This document shows positions 40,483-50,966 of a stretch of DNA of 64,000 nt, piece by piece. The position numbers were made by a program, and so were the translations under genes. The notes beneath the pieces are model-generated. The model did no database searches, was not told the origin of the DNA, and saw only the letters and a program-made list of their open reading frames with translations. Source of the DNA: Candidatus Helarchaeota archaeon (GTDB lineage: Archaea; Asgardarchaeota; Lokiarchaeia; Helarchaeales; RDOG01); assembly GCA_019058315.1 (NCBI GenBank), contig JAHPZH010000003.1, positions 588,451 through 652,450 of the forward strand, given 5' to 3'. How positions within the stretch are numbered: the first letter of the stretch is position 1; each line of letters starts with the position of its first letter.

Positions 40483-42243
40483 ATGTCACAAATAAATAAT
40501 TCAAAATCCTCATTAAGCATACCAAATACGAAAACCATTCATTTTCTTAAAGCTGCCAATTCCTATGTTTTAAATGAAAATTTTAAAAAAGGCCAGACAA
40601 CCACACTTCCCACAAAGATAGCAAACTACTTCCTAGCAAATAAAATTGCGGAAGAAGTCATTGAAAAAAAAGTAAGAACTGACTATGAAAGAATCAAAGA
40701 TAAATTGGAAGATAAAGAAGAAGAAAATAACGAAAAACCAAGATATGTCCGACATCCTCTAATTATTGAAAACACAATTGAAGCAAGACTATACCAAGAG
40801 GTCAGTTTTGCTGAAACAGTCAAGAAAAATTCCCTTGTAATTTTACCTACAGGACTAGGCAAGACAATAATTGCCGTCTTAAGTTCAGTTTATTGGCTAT
40901 CTCAAGATAAAACCAATAAAGTAATCATGTTTGCACCCACTAGACCGTTATTGGACCAGCATTTTGAAAATTTTTCTAAGTGGCTTAATTTGATGGATAA
41001 TGAAATTGTCCAGATCACAGGAAAAACATACAAAAAAAAGCGAGCTAAAATGTTTGAGAATGCCAGAATGATATTTATGACCCCCCAAATTACCCTTGAC
41101 GATTTCGATTTAAAAGATGTGGCTTTAATGATTTTTGACGAGTGTCATCGAGCTGTAAGGAGATATAGATATGTCAGTAACGCTGAAAAATATTTTATCG
41201 AGGCAACCAATCCCCATATTCTCGGATTGACTGCAACACCTGGCACACCAAAGAAGATTCTAAGTGTCATGCGAAACCTAAAAATAAATAAAGTTAGTCT
41301 GGCCAATGAGGAAACAGACACTGTAAAACCATACACTCATCAAATATACGAGGATTATGTAAGAATTACACTCCCTCCAGAATTAATGAAACTTCGTAAC
41401 TTCATTAACAATTCGCTAAAACGGAAATTGTCTATTTTAAGCCATCATCCACTTGTCAAAAAATATGTGGAAGATAAATACAGAATCAATCCCCACGATC
41501 TTTCACGGATTGTAAAGATGCATATGGGAACCATGGTTTCAGTTAAACCTATTTTGATGCAGGTACTTAGTCTTACCTATTTATTGAATCTTGTCGAAGC
41601 TCAATCCATAAGAGCTTTGGAAAATAAGTTGATCGATCTGCAAGGGTCTAGAAATCCAATTTATCAAGAGATAAATTCCATATTGACTGACTTAAGAAGA
41701 AAAAATATAGAACATCCTAAACCTAAAATAGCATCAAATATTGTCCAAAATTACTGCAAAAACCATGAAGATTCAAGAGTTCTAGTCTTTGTTCAATATC
41801 TGGATAGTGTTGATATTGTCTTGGAGGAATTACAGGAAAAAGGACTAAAAGTAAATAAATTAGTCGGACAAAAGACCATGAGTCAGGATTTACAAAGAGA
41901 AATATTGGAAAAATTTAGAAATGGAGAGTTCCAAGTGCTAGTAGCAACCTCGGTAGCAGAAGAAGGATTGGATATAGCACAATGTGACCTAGTGGTTTTT
42001 TATGATTGTATACCCTCAGGTATTCGAACAGTTCAAAGGCGAGGTAGGACCGGGAGACGTCGTGCTGGGATGTTAATTTATCTTTATACAGAAGGTACTT
42101 GGGAGGAAAGTTTTATTTATATATCAAGAAAGCGGATTAAAGAGACAAATCATATTTTAAAGCTCATGGAACGACAGGACGATCCGCTAGATTTTTTAAG
42201 GGAGTATTTACATTCAAAAAATAAGAAAATGAATTCGTATTAA
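40483..42243 (+). CDS. hef: Hef/FANCM-like DEAH helicase with N-terminal GINS B-like domain and no ERCC4 nuclease
   Basis: ARLYQ, LPTGLGKT, DECHRA, GLTATPG, HPK, ATSVAEEGLDI, QRRGRTGR. Confidence 0.88.
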   Translation: MSQINNSKSSLSIPNTKTIHFLKAANSYVLNENFKKGQTTTLPTKIANYFLANKIAEEVIEKKVRTDYERIKDKLEDKEEENNEKPRYVRHPLIIENTIEARLYQEVSFAETVKKNSLVILPTGLGKTIIAVLSSVYWLSQDKTNKVIMFAPTRPLLDQHFENFSKWLNLMDNEIVQITGKTYKKKRAKMFENARMIFMTPQITLDDFDLKDVALMIFDECHRAVRRYRYVSNAEKYFIEATNPHILGLTATPGTPKKILSVMRNLKINKVSLANEETDTVKPYTHQIYEDYVRITLPPELMKLRNFINNSLKRKLSILSHHPLVKKYVEDKYRINPHDLSRIVKMHMGTMVSVKPILMQVLSLTYLLNLVEAQSIRALENKLIDLQGSRNPIYQEINSILTDLRRKNIEHPKPKIASNIVQNYCKNHEDSRVLVFVQYLDSVDIVLEELQEKGLKVNKLVGQKTMSQDLQREILEKFRNGEFQVLVATSVAEEGLDIAQCDLVVFYDCIPSGIRTVQRRGRTGRRRAGMLIYLYTEGTWEESFIYISRKRIKETNHILKLMERQDDPLDFLREYLHSKNKKMNSY

Positions 42244-42357
42244 TTTACGTTGATAATATAGTTATCAGTATTTGCTACATAACAAAATTTCAAATTTCGA
42301 TGGTGAAAATTAAAGTAGAAATCATGAAAGACAAATTTTAAATCTTATATCTTTCAG

Positions 42358-42894
42358 ATGGTTTTACTAAAGGGTGATTGTAGAATGAAGGATTTAAAAC
42401 CAGAACGAAAAATTCAAGTTTATACGGGTGTAGTAGCTCTATTTGGTGGAATTTTTTTTACTATTGTAGGATTGGACTATCGAATATCTCCATGGAATAT
42501 ATTTCATACATACATAACAGAACCTCCTTGGCTATTATTGGGGTTAATTTATTTGTATTTTGGGTGTGTTGAAATAATTCAGTACCAATATATAAAATCT
42601 CACTATCTGCAATATCCTAGTAATGATCTATGTGATCTATGCGGTGAACATGTAGAAAAGATAAATATAAGAGGGTATTCAGGGTTCAGACTTATATTAT
42701 GCAAAAAATGTCATAAGAAAGTCTTAACGATTAATGGAATAGGTTTAGAGATCTTATTTCTTATGTTAATTCTATTACTCTTTTTTATATACCCCAGACT
42801 TGCTGATTCGTATAAAATAATTGGATTTTATATGTTTCTTGGCATTGCAGTCGGGATTCCTCCAATCATTATTTTTCTAATTCGAAGATATTAA
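42358..42894 (+). CDS. Membrane protein with internal Zn finger
   Basis: Four TMs; CDLC..CKKC. Confidence 0.65.
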   Translation: MVLLKGDCRMKDLKPERKIQVYTGVVALFGGIFFTIVGLDYRISPWNIFHTYITEPPWLLLGLIYLYFGCVEIIQYQYIKSHYLQYPSNDLCDLCGEHVEKINIRGYSGFRLILCKKCHKKVLTINGIGLEILFLMLILLLFFIYPRLADSYKIIGFYMFLGIAVGIPPIIIFLIRRY

Positions 42895-43189
42895 GCTTTT
42901 AAATTTTTATTTTATCGAAAAATCATAAATGCTTAAAAATCTATAACATTGTTTTAATTCAAATTAATAGTTAAAGACATTTAATTTGATTTTATTTTTT
43001 ATTACTTCTTTATTCCTATATTGTTTATAAGAATACCAAATTTATAAATTTATCTTATATTAATTAATCCCTCCTGTCTATATGGCAAGTTACTAGCTCT
43101 ACACCCAGTTTTGAATTTTTTACAAGAATAATATTTATAAAGGATTCATCATGCTTGGCTATTTTAAAATTTTTTTAGGAGTAAAAACC

Positions 43190-44233
43190 ATGAGTTTCGC
43201 GAAAAAATTTGATTTAGAATTAGATGATCTTCCGAGCATGACACCTCGAATTTCCAAGATATTAAAGCAAAATAGAATAACTTCCGTATCAACATTAGCT
43301 GCAACTAGCCTAAGGGAGCTGGTGGGACTTTATATTGACAGTGATACCGCTCAGACACTAATTGATGAGGCAGACGCAACAATGAGGCAAAGTGGATTTG
43401 GTTTTGTAATGGGATCAAAACTGTTAGATGAAGTTGATCAAGTTGAAGTTTTAACCACAGGTTGTAAAAGCCTAGACGTACTTTTAGGTGGAGGATTAGA
43501 CACCCAAAGATTATATGAATTTTATGGTCCCAATGGTGTCGGAAAGACTAATTTTCTTCATCAACTCATATGCACAGCCATGTTACCAAAAAGTAAAGGA
43601 GGTTTAGCCTCACGGGTGGTCTATATTGATGCAGAAGGTAATTTTAGCACCAAGCGAATTAGGATGATAGCCCCTGAATTCGATCTGAACGTTAATCAAG
43701 TGATAAAAAATATCCCTTTAATAAAGATCCACAACATAAGCGAGCTATTAAGCACATTAGAACATCATTTATATCCCGAAATGGAACAAACTGGAGCAAG
43801 GGTAGTTCTATTAGACAGTATAACCTATAATGTCCGTGGGGAATATATAGGAGAAAAAAATTTGCCTATCAGACAAGGAACACTTGGCAAAATAGCTCAT
43901 GCATTGAAAAAAGCATCACAAGCATTCAATGCAGTTGTAGTTGTGGTAAATCAAATAACGAAAAACCCCAAGACTGATGAAGTGACCTATTCTGGTGGCA
44001 ATGTTCTTGGACATGCAGTACAAGTGAGAGTTTCTATGACCAAGGCAGAAAAAGAGAGTAATGACTTGTATAAAAAAGATAGTACATCTCATAAAATACG
44101 GTTTTTTGTAGATAAAGCTGTCGATTTGCCAAGACAATCTTGTATCGTAATGATGGACAGTAGGGGTTTTCGGGATATTGAACCAGGATCCCAAGATGCT
44201 CAGGAAGAAGTAAAAGCAAAACAAGAGGTATAA
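43190..44233 (+). CDS. radA: RadA/Rad51-family paralog
   Basis: LTTGCKSLDVLLGGG, GPNGVGKT, YIDAEGNF, LLDS, NQ, GGNVLGH; ATG at 43190 follows AGGAG. Confidence 0.88.
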   Translation: MSFAKKFDLELDDLPSMTPRISKILKQNRITSVSTLAATSLRELVGLYIDSDTAQTLIDEADATMRQSGFGFVMGSKLLDEVDQVEVLTTGCKSLDVLLGGGLDTQRLYEFYGPNGVGKTNFLHQLICTAMLPKSKGGLASRVVYIDAEGNFSTKRIRMIAPEFDLNVNQVIKNIPLIKIHNISELLSTLEHHLYPEMEQTGARVVLLDSITYNVRGEYIGEKNLPIRQGTLGKIAHALKKASQAFNAVVVVVNQITKNPKTDEVTYSGGNVLGHAVQVRVSMTKAEKESNDLYKKDSTSHKIRFFVDKAVDLPRQSCIVMMDSRGFRDIEPGSQDAQEEVKAKQEV

Positions 44234-44262
44234 ATAATTTTTTAAAAATAAATGGTGGAGAA

Positions 44263-45744
44263 ATGTCACTAGTATCTTTTTTTAAAAAAGCAAAACAGCT
44301 ATCGGAAAACCTCAATTCTTGGGACCGGAAGTCAAAAGTCATGATTATCGGCCATAGGGATGGGGATGGTATAGCTGCTACTACAGTATTAAATCAGGGT
44401 CTAAAACACCTAGGTTTTGAAAAAATCATACCTCAAATATTGTTAAGCCCCGATATAGATCTTCTGATTTCTATGATAAAAAATAATAGTCCAAAATATG
44501 TTATTACATGCGATATTGGTGCAGAATTTGCACCAACTCTGGAAAAAAGAGTTAAGGATTTCATCATAACCGATCATCATCCTAAAAAAATCAGTAACTA
44601 TGGAGCGAAACAGCTGAATTGTATCGAATTTGGACTTGATGATGAAATTGACGCTTCAGGATCAACGACTGCACTATCTCTATTAACCAACTTATTTGAT
44701 GATACTTTTTGGGATTCAGATAAGGGAAAAGTAATCCTAGCATTCGCTGTAGCTGGAGCAATATCTGATTTTCAGTTTCAAAAAGGCATCCATAAAGTCA
44801 ATGGTGTCATTTTAAACAAAGCAAAAATTCACAGTGCAGTAGTTGTGTCAAAAGATATTTCGATTTTTGGTCGAAGTATGTATCCTGCATATATTGCAAT
44901 AAATCGAGCGAGTATTCCTGGACTAACAGATTATTATTTTTGCAGAGATATCATTAATGCGAGTATAGATCCAAGGATAGGAAGTTATTGGAAGCGTATT
45001 ATTGATCTAGATCAAGAGGAAAAGAAAAATATAATTGACATCATAATTTCCCAATTATCAGAGTTTTCCCATAAGATTAACATTAAAGAATTCCTAGCAA
45101 AAGAAGTTATAGGGGATGTATTTGATCTCATAGCTCTTTATGGATGGGATTGCACGTTAATTCGTGATGGTAGGGCAACCTTTGATCCAAGAGAAATACT
45201 ACATCAGGTAAATTATTGCTGCCGATTAGGTCACTGGGATATAGCTTTGGATTTATTAAACCATAAAATGGTATCAGATCACACAATGAAGACGATTTCT
45301 GAATTTCATAGACAAGGAGATCAAGAGGTTGCAGAAGCATTAAAAGCCTATCAAAATAACCTCATCGAACTCCAATCAGATTGTGATGGAAAGGTACTAC
45401 TAGCAGATTTCACTGACCTTATTTTTTATGACGAAGTTGGAGTTATCGCAGGAGTGATTATGAAGCAAGATCGTGACATAGACATCATGCTCTCCTCATG
45501 TCGAATGGAAAATAATGGGTTATACAAGGTCAGCGTTCGTGCCAGAAGCAATGTATGGGAAATGGTCGATTCTGATAATGAATTTGCAGATGCTAAGAAA
45601 GTATATGAAAAGACTAAAATAGAGACCGGCAGCGAAATTAAATATGGAGGACATAGATTTGCAATGTCGGGGTATTTACCTAAAGAAACTATTCCTATTT
45701 TGTTTAAAAATATGGTAACTTATTATAAAAAATTAATAAATTAA
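44263..45744 (+). CDS. RecJ/GAN/Cdc45-like DHH nuclease
   Basis: HRDGDG, CDIG, TDHH, SGS, AGAISD, KVSVR, GGHRFA. Confidence 0.88.
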   Translation: MSLVSFFKKAKQLSENLNSWDRKSKVMIIGHRDGDGIAATTVLNQGLKHLGFEKIIPQILLSPDIDLLISMIKNNSPKYVITCDIGAEFAPTLEKRVKDFIITDHHPKKISNYGAKQLNCIEFGLDDEIDASGSTTALSLLTNLFDDTFWDSDKGKVILAFAVAGAISDFQFQKGIHKVNGVILNKAKIHSAVVVSKDISIFGRSMYPAYIAINRASIPGLTDYYFCRDIINASIDPRIGSYWKRIIDLDQEEKKNIIDIIISQLSEFSHKINIKEFLAKEVIGDVFDLIALYGWDCTLIRDGRATFDPREILHQVNYCCRLGHWDIALDLLNHKMVSDHTMKTISEFHRQGDQEVAEALKAYQNNLIELQSDCDGKVLLADFTDLIFYDEVGVIAGVIMKQDRDIDIMLSSCRMENNGLYKVSVRARSNVWEMVDSDNEFADAKKVYEKTKIETGSEIKYGGHRFAMSGYLPKETIPILFKNMVTYYKKLIN

Positions 45745-45758
45745 GGGAGTGAAAATTT

Positions 45759-46472
45759 ATGCAAAACGTAAAAATTAATGACCTAGAATCTGGTGACAAG
45801 GGGTTTAATATCAAAGTCAAGGTTCTAAAAAAGACCACAGACCGGGTTGTGACTATAAAAAAGACCGGAATGCAAAACAGGGTTGCGAACTTCGTTGTCG
45901 CGGATGACACGGGTCAGTTAAACTTAACTGTATGGGGAGTTGAGATCGATAAAATCCCTATCGATAAGACCATCTCTATTCAAAAAAGTTATGTAAGTGA
46001 GTTTAATGGTAGGCTTTCTTTAAATATTGGAAAATATAGTGAATGGAAAGCATCTAAGGATGAAATAACAATAAAAGATACTCCAAAATCACCAGAACCT
46101 ATGGTAAAATCACATGTTAAAATTTGTAGTGCTCCAGCTAAAAAGAAAGGGATTAACTTGGATAAAGTAAAAGTCCTCGAAATATCCAATATCAGATCAG
46201 TCAAAGTTAAGCGTGACGGTTCTGAACATGAGGTAGCTGATGCACTACTGGGAGACGATACTGGTTGTATAAAATGTTCCTTATGGGATGAGGATATCCG
46301 AAAAATTAAGGAGGATATGATTCTAAGGATTTTTAACGCGTATATTTCAGAATTTCGTAACATTCCACAATTAAATTTGAGCCGATTCAGTAAATATGAA
46401 ATCTTAGAGCCAGAAGATCTTGAAGTGGACTTGGAAAATAATTTATCTCTTAAGGAAAAAGCACAAACATAG
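45759..46472 (+). CDS. rpa: RPA/SSB with two OB folds
   Basis: Two VA..vGD(D/E)TG..L(T/S)(V/L)W OB units. Confidence 0.88.
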   Translation: MQNVKINDLESGDKGFNIKVKVLKKTTDRVVTIKKTGMQNRVANFVVADDTGQLNLTVWGVEIDKIPIDKTISIQKSYVSEFNGRLSLNIGKYSEWKASKDEITIKDTPKSPEPMVKSHVKICSAPAKKKGINLDKVKVLEISNIRSVKVKRDGSEHEVADALLGDDTGCIKCSLWDEDIRKIKEDMILRIFNAYISEFRNIPQLNLSRFSKYEILEPEDLEVDLENNLSLKEKAQT

Positions 46473-46625
46473 ATGGTTTATTCTTTTTCTATTCTGGTAA
46501 GGTAAATTAATTAAAAAGTTTTGTTTTAATAAAAGAAAAAGGATAACCAAATTCTTAATAAATGAAATAAGATTAATATTTTATCTTATAAGAGGAATAC
46601 TTCACCTCTAATAATAAAATCTATA

Positions 46626-46928
46626 TTAGCATCCACATTTTAAGGTTTCATTATAGATATGCTTTGCTTGTACATATATTTCTTCTTTTTTAAAGAATTT
46701 TACTTTATCTTGTATAATTTGACCATGTAGTAAAATTTTATCATTTGGTCGTAGGATTACTCGAGCATATTTCCAACCTAAAGAAATTGAAGGACGAATA
46801 AAAACGGGAAGTTCTTCAGGGATACCCTCAATTTTTTCATCTAATTTTAGAACGAACTTTATATAACTTGTAGGATATAAATAAGAAACACTTCCACGAA
46901 GAGTTCCTTTAAATAATATTTTTGTCAT
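46626..46928 (-). CDS. Small OB-fold-like protein
   Basis: Beta-rich; LRPNDKILLHG pattern. Confidence 0.5.
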   Translation of the reverse strand: MTKILFKGTLRGSVSYLYPTSYIKFVLKLDEKIEGIPEELPVFIRPSISLGWKYARVILRPNDKILLHGQIIQDKVKFFKKEEIYVQAKHIYNETLKCGC

Positions 46929-47046
46929 TTTAAAGAAATCCCTCTATTTACTAATTGTTTTAATCAACTACTTGGTTTCCTTTTTTCATAATATTTTTAA
47001 GTACTTTATTAATTTTAGCTATTGAAAATTATAGAGTTTATAACTT

Positions 47047-48888
47047 CTATGTTTTGGAGACTGTTGTTTTACTGATTTTTTCTTCAAGCATTTTGATTTT
47101 TTTTCGTTTTTTATATATATTTACAGCCAATATAGTAAATGCCGCGACAACATTTGCGAAAACTATTAAATAAAGGAATGAGATATCACGGCTTGCTCCT
47201 ATTGGTGGAATGAAGGGAGCACGAATATCATATTTTATTCCTACAAAAACCGTATCTGAAATTCCATATTGATTATGGAAATCATAATATTCAATAGTAT
47301 AATTGAATATCCCCTCTACACTTCGATTTATAGGGATTTTTAAATTTGTATTTTTCGTCCATGTCGTCCAATTTATCCACAAAAGGCTATTATTATTATT
47401 AGTATTTGTTACCCAGACCCGATATTTTCCTCCGCCAGTCTCATCATAAAGTACCCAATTTATTCTTTCTGAACTGATAATATCTGTTAGAATATCAGCT
47501 GGGTGGTTTGAAGTAGGTTTTTCACTCATAATTGTATACATTATTTCTTGATCAGTTCCCCACACACCAACCGTATCGTCATCCCATGCTACATGTATAT
47601 TTCCGCCATTTTCAACAGCTATGCTTGTCGCACCACTCCAACCATCGTTCCACCCTGTATTATCATCTGAAATCACGGTTGCATTTAACCAACCTGCAGC
47701 GGTATAATTTGTGTACATTACTTCCATATCACTTCCCCACTCACCATTTGTATCATCATGCCAGGTCACATGCACATTTCCGCCACCATCCACTGCGACA
47801 CTTGGAGTATAACTTTCTCCATTGTTCCAACCGTAAAGATCAGAAATTACGGTTGCATTTGACCATCCACTGATGTTATAATTTGTGTACATTATTTCTA
47901 TATCACTTCCCCACTCGCCGTCCGTATAATCCTGCCAGGTCACATGTACATTTCCGCTATTATCCGCGGCGACGCTTGGGGACAGACTATTACCATTGTT
48001 CCACCCATAAAGGCCGGAAATCGCGGTTGCGTTGGACCAGATCCCTGCGGTACAATTTGTGTACATTATTTCACTATCTGATCCCCATTCACCATCCGTA
48101 CTATCACTCCAAACCACATGCAAATTATCATTACCGTCCACAGCGATACGTGGGGATCCACTGCTACCATTATTCCACCCATAAATATCGGAAATCACTG
48201 TTGCGTTTGACCAACCTGTGATAGTATAGTTAGCATACATTATTTCAGTATCAGTTCCCCACTCACCGTCCGTATAATCTTGCCAGACTACGTGTACAAT
48301 ACCTCTACCATCCACAGCGATGCTTGGTTCATGACTATCACCGTCGTTCCACCTGTAAAGATCGGAAATCGCGGTGGCGTTGGACCAGCCTGAGGGAGTG
48401 TATTTTGCATACATTATTTCTCTATCAGATCCCCACTCACCGTCTGTATCATCATACCAGACTACATGTACGTTTCCGCTACCGTCAACAGCGATGCTTG
48501 GGCGCAGACTAGCATCATCATTCCATCCATAAAGGTCGGAAATCGGGGTGGCATTTGACCAGCCCATGGTTGTGTAATTTGTATACATTATTTCACTATC
48601 CGTTCCCCATTCGCCATCAGTTTCATCTTGCCAGACCACGTGTACATTTCCTCTACTGTCTACAGCGATATTTGTGTACCAACTAGTGCCATCGTTCCAC
48701 CCAGTGTCATCATCGGAAATAACAGAGGAATTAGACCAACTTGAAATAGAGAATGAAACAAAATTGGTTCCATTAACTGAAGGCGAGAAAAAATTAACCG
48801 GATCAGATTTGGAGACTTTATTAAAATTAAAAATTATAAAAATCATGAAAATTAACGTAAAAATTGTTATTATTTTTTTACATTTCAT
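47047..48888 (-). CDS. Surface protein with seven-bladed beta-propeller-like repeats and C-terminal TM
   Basis: Seven ~58-aa WSNATxISD..PSIAVDxxGNVHVVWxDxTDGEWGxDxEIMY repeats. Confidence 0.85.
   Translation of the reverse strand: MKCKKIITIFTLIFMIFIIFNFNKVSKSDPVNFFSPSVNGTNFVSFSISSWSNSSVISDDDTGWNDGTSWYTNIAVDSRGNVHVVWQDETDGEWGTDSEIMYTNYTTMGWSNATPISDLYGWNDDASLRPSIAVDGSGNVHVVWYDDTDGEWGSDREIMYAKYTPSGWSNATAISDLYRWNDGDSHEPSIAVDGRGIVHVVWQDYTDGEWGTDTEIMYANYTITGWSNATVISDIYGWNNGSSGSPRIAVDGNDNLHVVWSDSTDGEWGSDSEIMYTNCTAGIWSNATAISGLYGWNNGNSLSPSVAADNSGNVHVTWQDYTDGEWGSDIEIMYTNYNISGWSNATVISDLYGWNNGESYTPSVAVDGGGNVHVTWHDDTNGEWGSDMEVMYTNYTAAGWLNATVISDDNTGWNDGWSGATSIAVENGGNIHVAWDDDTVGVWGTDQEIMYTIMSEKPTSNHPADILTDIISSERINWVLYDETGGGKYRVWVTNTNNNNSLLWINWTTWTKNTNLKIPINRSVEGIFNYTIEYYDFHNQYGISDTVFVGIKYDIRAPFIPPIGASRDISFLYLIVFANVVAAFTILAVNIYKKRKKIKMLEEKISKTTVSKT
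47530..48740 (-). repeat. Seven ~174-bp tandem coding repeats
   Basis: Recurring catta(t/c)ttc..ccccactc..ccagac..catgtac units at ~174-bp period. Confidence 0.85.
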
Positions 48889-49024
48889 AACATCACTTCA
48901 TTTTTAAAACGTATAGTAATGAAAATATATTTTTTTTAATTTAAATTTTTTATAATTTAAAGATTAAGACACATGGAATTAAAGTCAATTTTGACATGGA
49001 GAGAATTTAATTTGTTGAAAGACT

Positions 49025-49699
49025 TCATTTATTTAATTTTCCAAAAAAGCAATAATGTTTTAAATTATCGATCCAGAATTTTTGAATTTCAAAGTTTTTA
49101 AATTCTTTATACAAGAGTTTTTTATTAAAGCTGTAATGGGGAACACCCTTTTCGTCTCCACCCAGTATTATATAAGTCCTTGGAGCAATATATTTGATTC
49201 CAAATTGTCTTTCTACTGGCACCTCTTTTTTAGACTTCTTTTTTGGAACAGTGATAAAAATAAACCCATTTGGTTTCAGGACTCTTTCTATTTCCTTAAT
49301 TGTTATTCTAATCTCTGATATTACGTTATGGTGAATTGCACGAACACATATTACAGCATCAAAAGAGTTATCCATATATGGAAGTCTTTGGTACATTGAG
49401 CTAGTAACGAGTTCAGCATGGAGTTTTTTTTCTTCTAATTGAGATTTTGCTTTTTTAATCCCTTCATTTGAAAAGTCAAGACCATACATCTCAAACCCCG
49501 ACTCAACCAAGTATAAAATATGTCTCCCAGAACCACAAGCTAGATCTAATATTCTTTTATATTTATTATTTTTACAAATTTCTGCAAATTCGGGTAGCCC
49601 TTCTTGAATTCCAGAAAGAAAACTTTTAGTTTTCTTTACATCTCGAAAAATCTCATCCCATCGCTTTTTACTATGTTCCTCTAGAACCACAATTATCAC
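49025..49699 (-). CDS. Class I SAM-dependent methyltransferase
   Basis: ILDLACGSGRH, GLDFS, FDAVI, RVLKPNG. Confidence 0.9.
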   Translation of the reverse strand: MIIVVLEEHSKKRWDEIFRDVKKTKSFLSGIQEGLPEFAEICKNNKYKRILDLACGSGRHILYLVESGFEMYGLDFSNEGIKKAKSQLEEKKLHAELVTSSMYQRLPYMDNSFDAVICVRAIHHNVISEIRITIKEIERVLKPNGFIFITVPKKKSKKEVPVERQFGIKYIAPRTYIILGGDEKGVPHYSFNKKLLYKEFKNFEIQKFWIDNLKHYCFFGKLNK

Positions 49700-49929
49700 T
49701 ATTTCTCTTTATGTTCATCCCTAATTATAAGCAATTCTGCATTTTATTCTTACGGTTTTTCCTTATTTTTAGGTTTCTTTTTTATTTTCTTGTTCTTCAA
49801 AGGAAATATCTTGCGATGGTACCAATAGTCTTTATTTAGCATTATTTAATCACATATCTTATTTTTTAATCTATGGAACAAGCCAAGCATAATTAGTATT
49901 TATAAGGGTTTCTATCAATTGAAAAAAAG

Positions 49930-50163
49930 TTAGTTATATCCATATCTGCGTATAATATATTCCATCATTTCGCTGCAATCCCTAAGAGCACACATAGCAT
50001 CTATGCCTATTAGAATGTGGTCTTCCACTCCAGTTTCATAATATTTTTCCCACGCTAAATTATGCACTTCGAAAATTTTCTCTCTAAATACAAATATATC
50101 ATCCAGATTAAGACCAGAATTCATTTTATTCACGATTCTATTATAATTGTTGTTATACTGCAA
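49930..50163 (-). CDS. Hypothetical protein
   Basis: ORF only. Confidence 0.4.
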   Translation of the reverse strand: MQYNNNYNRIVNKMNSGLNLDDIFVFREKIFEVHNLAWEKYYETGVEDHILIGIDAMCALRDCSEMMEYIIRRYGYN

Positions 50164-50371
50164 ATTTTATATTATATTTCTAAGTAATTTCCTAGTTTTT
50201 AAGAGGAATAAGGGTTCATGATAACTAAAAAAACCAAAAGAAAATTTGCGCATTTTCTATTTTTAAATAATACTTTCAGTCATCTCTCCCCCCAATGTTC
50301 ATTTAATCTGATCGATCTAAGTAAAAATCTATTTAAATTACATTTCTCACAAACAACATTAAGTGATGAAT

Positions 50372-50530
50372 ATGGCAAGCACAAATACCAAACAAGAAAT
50401 CGAAGCTGTATGGTCCCCTGGACTTAGCACGACGGCGAAAATTAATTATCTAAAAAATCATTTTAATGGAAAATTGGAAACTTTATCCTTCTGGGAATTA
50501 TACAGATTTGTAAAAACGCTCAATTCTTAA
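50372..50530 (+). CDS. Small hypothetical protein (52 aa)
   Basis: MASTNTKQEIEAVW...; GTGA upstream. Confidence 0.4.
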   Translation: MASTNTKQEIEAVWSPGLSTTAKINYLKNHFNGKLETLSFWELYRFVKTLNS

Positions 50531-50548
50531 TTTTTTTATTTATTTTTC

Positions 50549-50908
50549 TTGGGTTCTACTATGAAAAAAGAATTTTGCGTTAAATGCTATTCAATTGAAA
50601 AAGGAATAACATTATTTATTTCTATTTTTCTTTACGGTACAATATTTCTCTCTTTATATGCAATTAAGATACTAGGATATGTTGAAATCCATCCAGTAAC
50701 GAAATTGAATTTCGACTTCTTTATGTTATTTTATTGCTTTGTTCCATTGATATATTTTTTAGTTTTAAAATATGCGTATGAAGGAATTAGCGGGGAAAGT
50801 TGGGAAATTGCTTATCATAAATTAGTAGTATTAGTTCTTATAATCTCCTTAATCCATAGAATTATCGATTTTTCATGGGGTTTATATTTAATAATAAAAC
50901 CCTTGTAA
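50549..50908 (+). CDS. Three-TM membrane protein
   Basis: Hydrophobic segments. Confidence 0.55.
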   Translation: MGSTMKKEFCVKCYSIEKGITLFISIFLYGTIFLSLYAIKILGYVEIHPVTKLNFDFFMLFYCFVPLIYFLVLKYAYEGISGESWEIAYHKLVVLVLIISLIHRIIDFSWGLYLIIKPL

Positions 50909-50966
50909 AATCTCAGATTTTTATTTTTATAGAAATAACAATATATAGGATGGAATTAAAGCTCGT

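Noticed and set aside
47530-48740. CRISPR-like repeat array
   Set aside because: The repeats are in-frame coding units without unique spacers.
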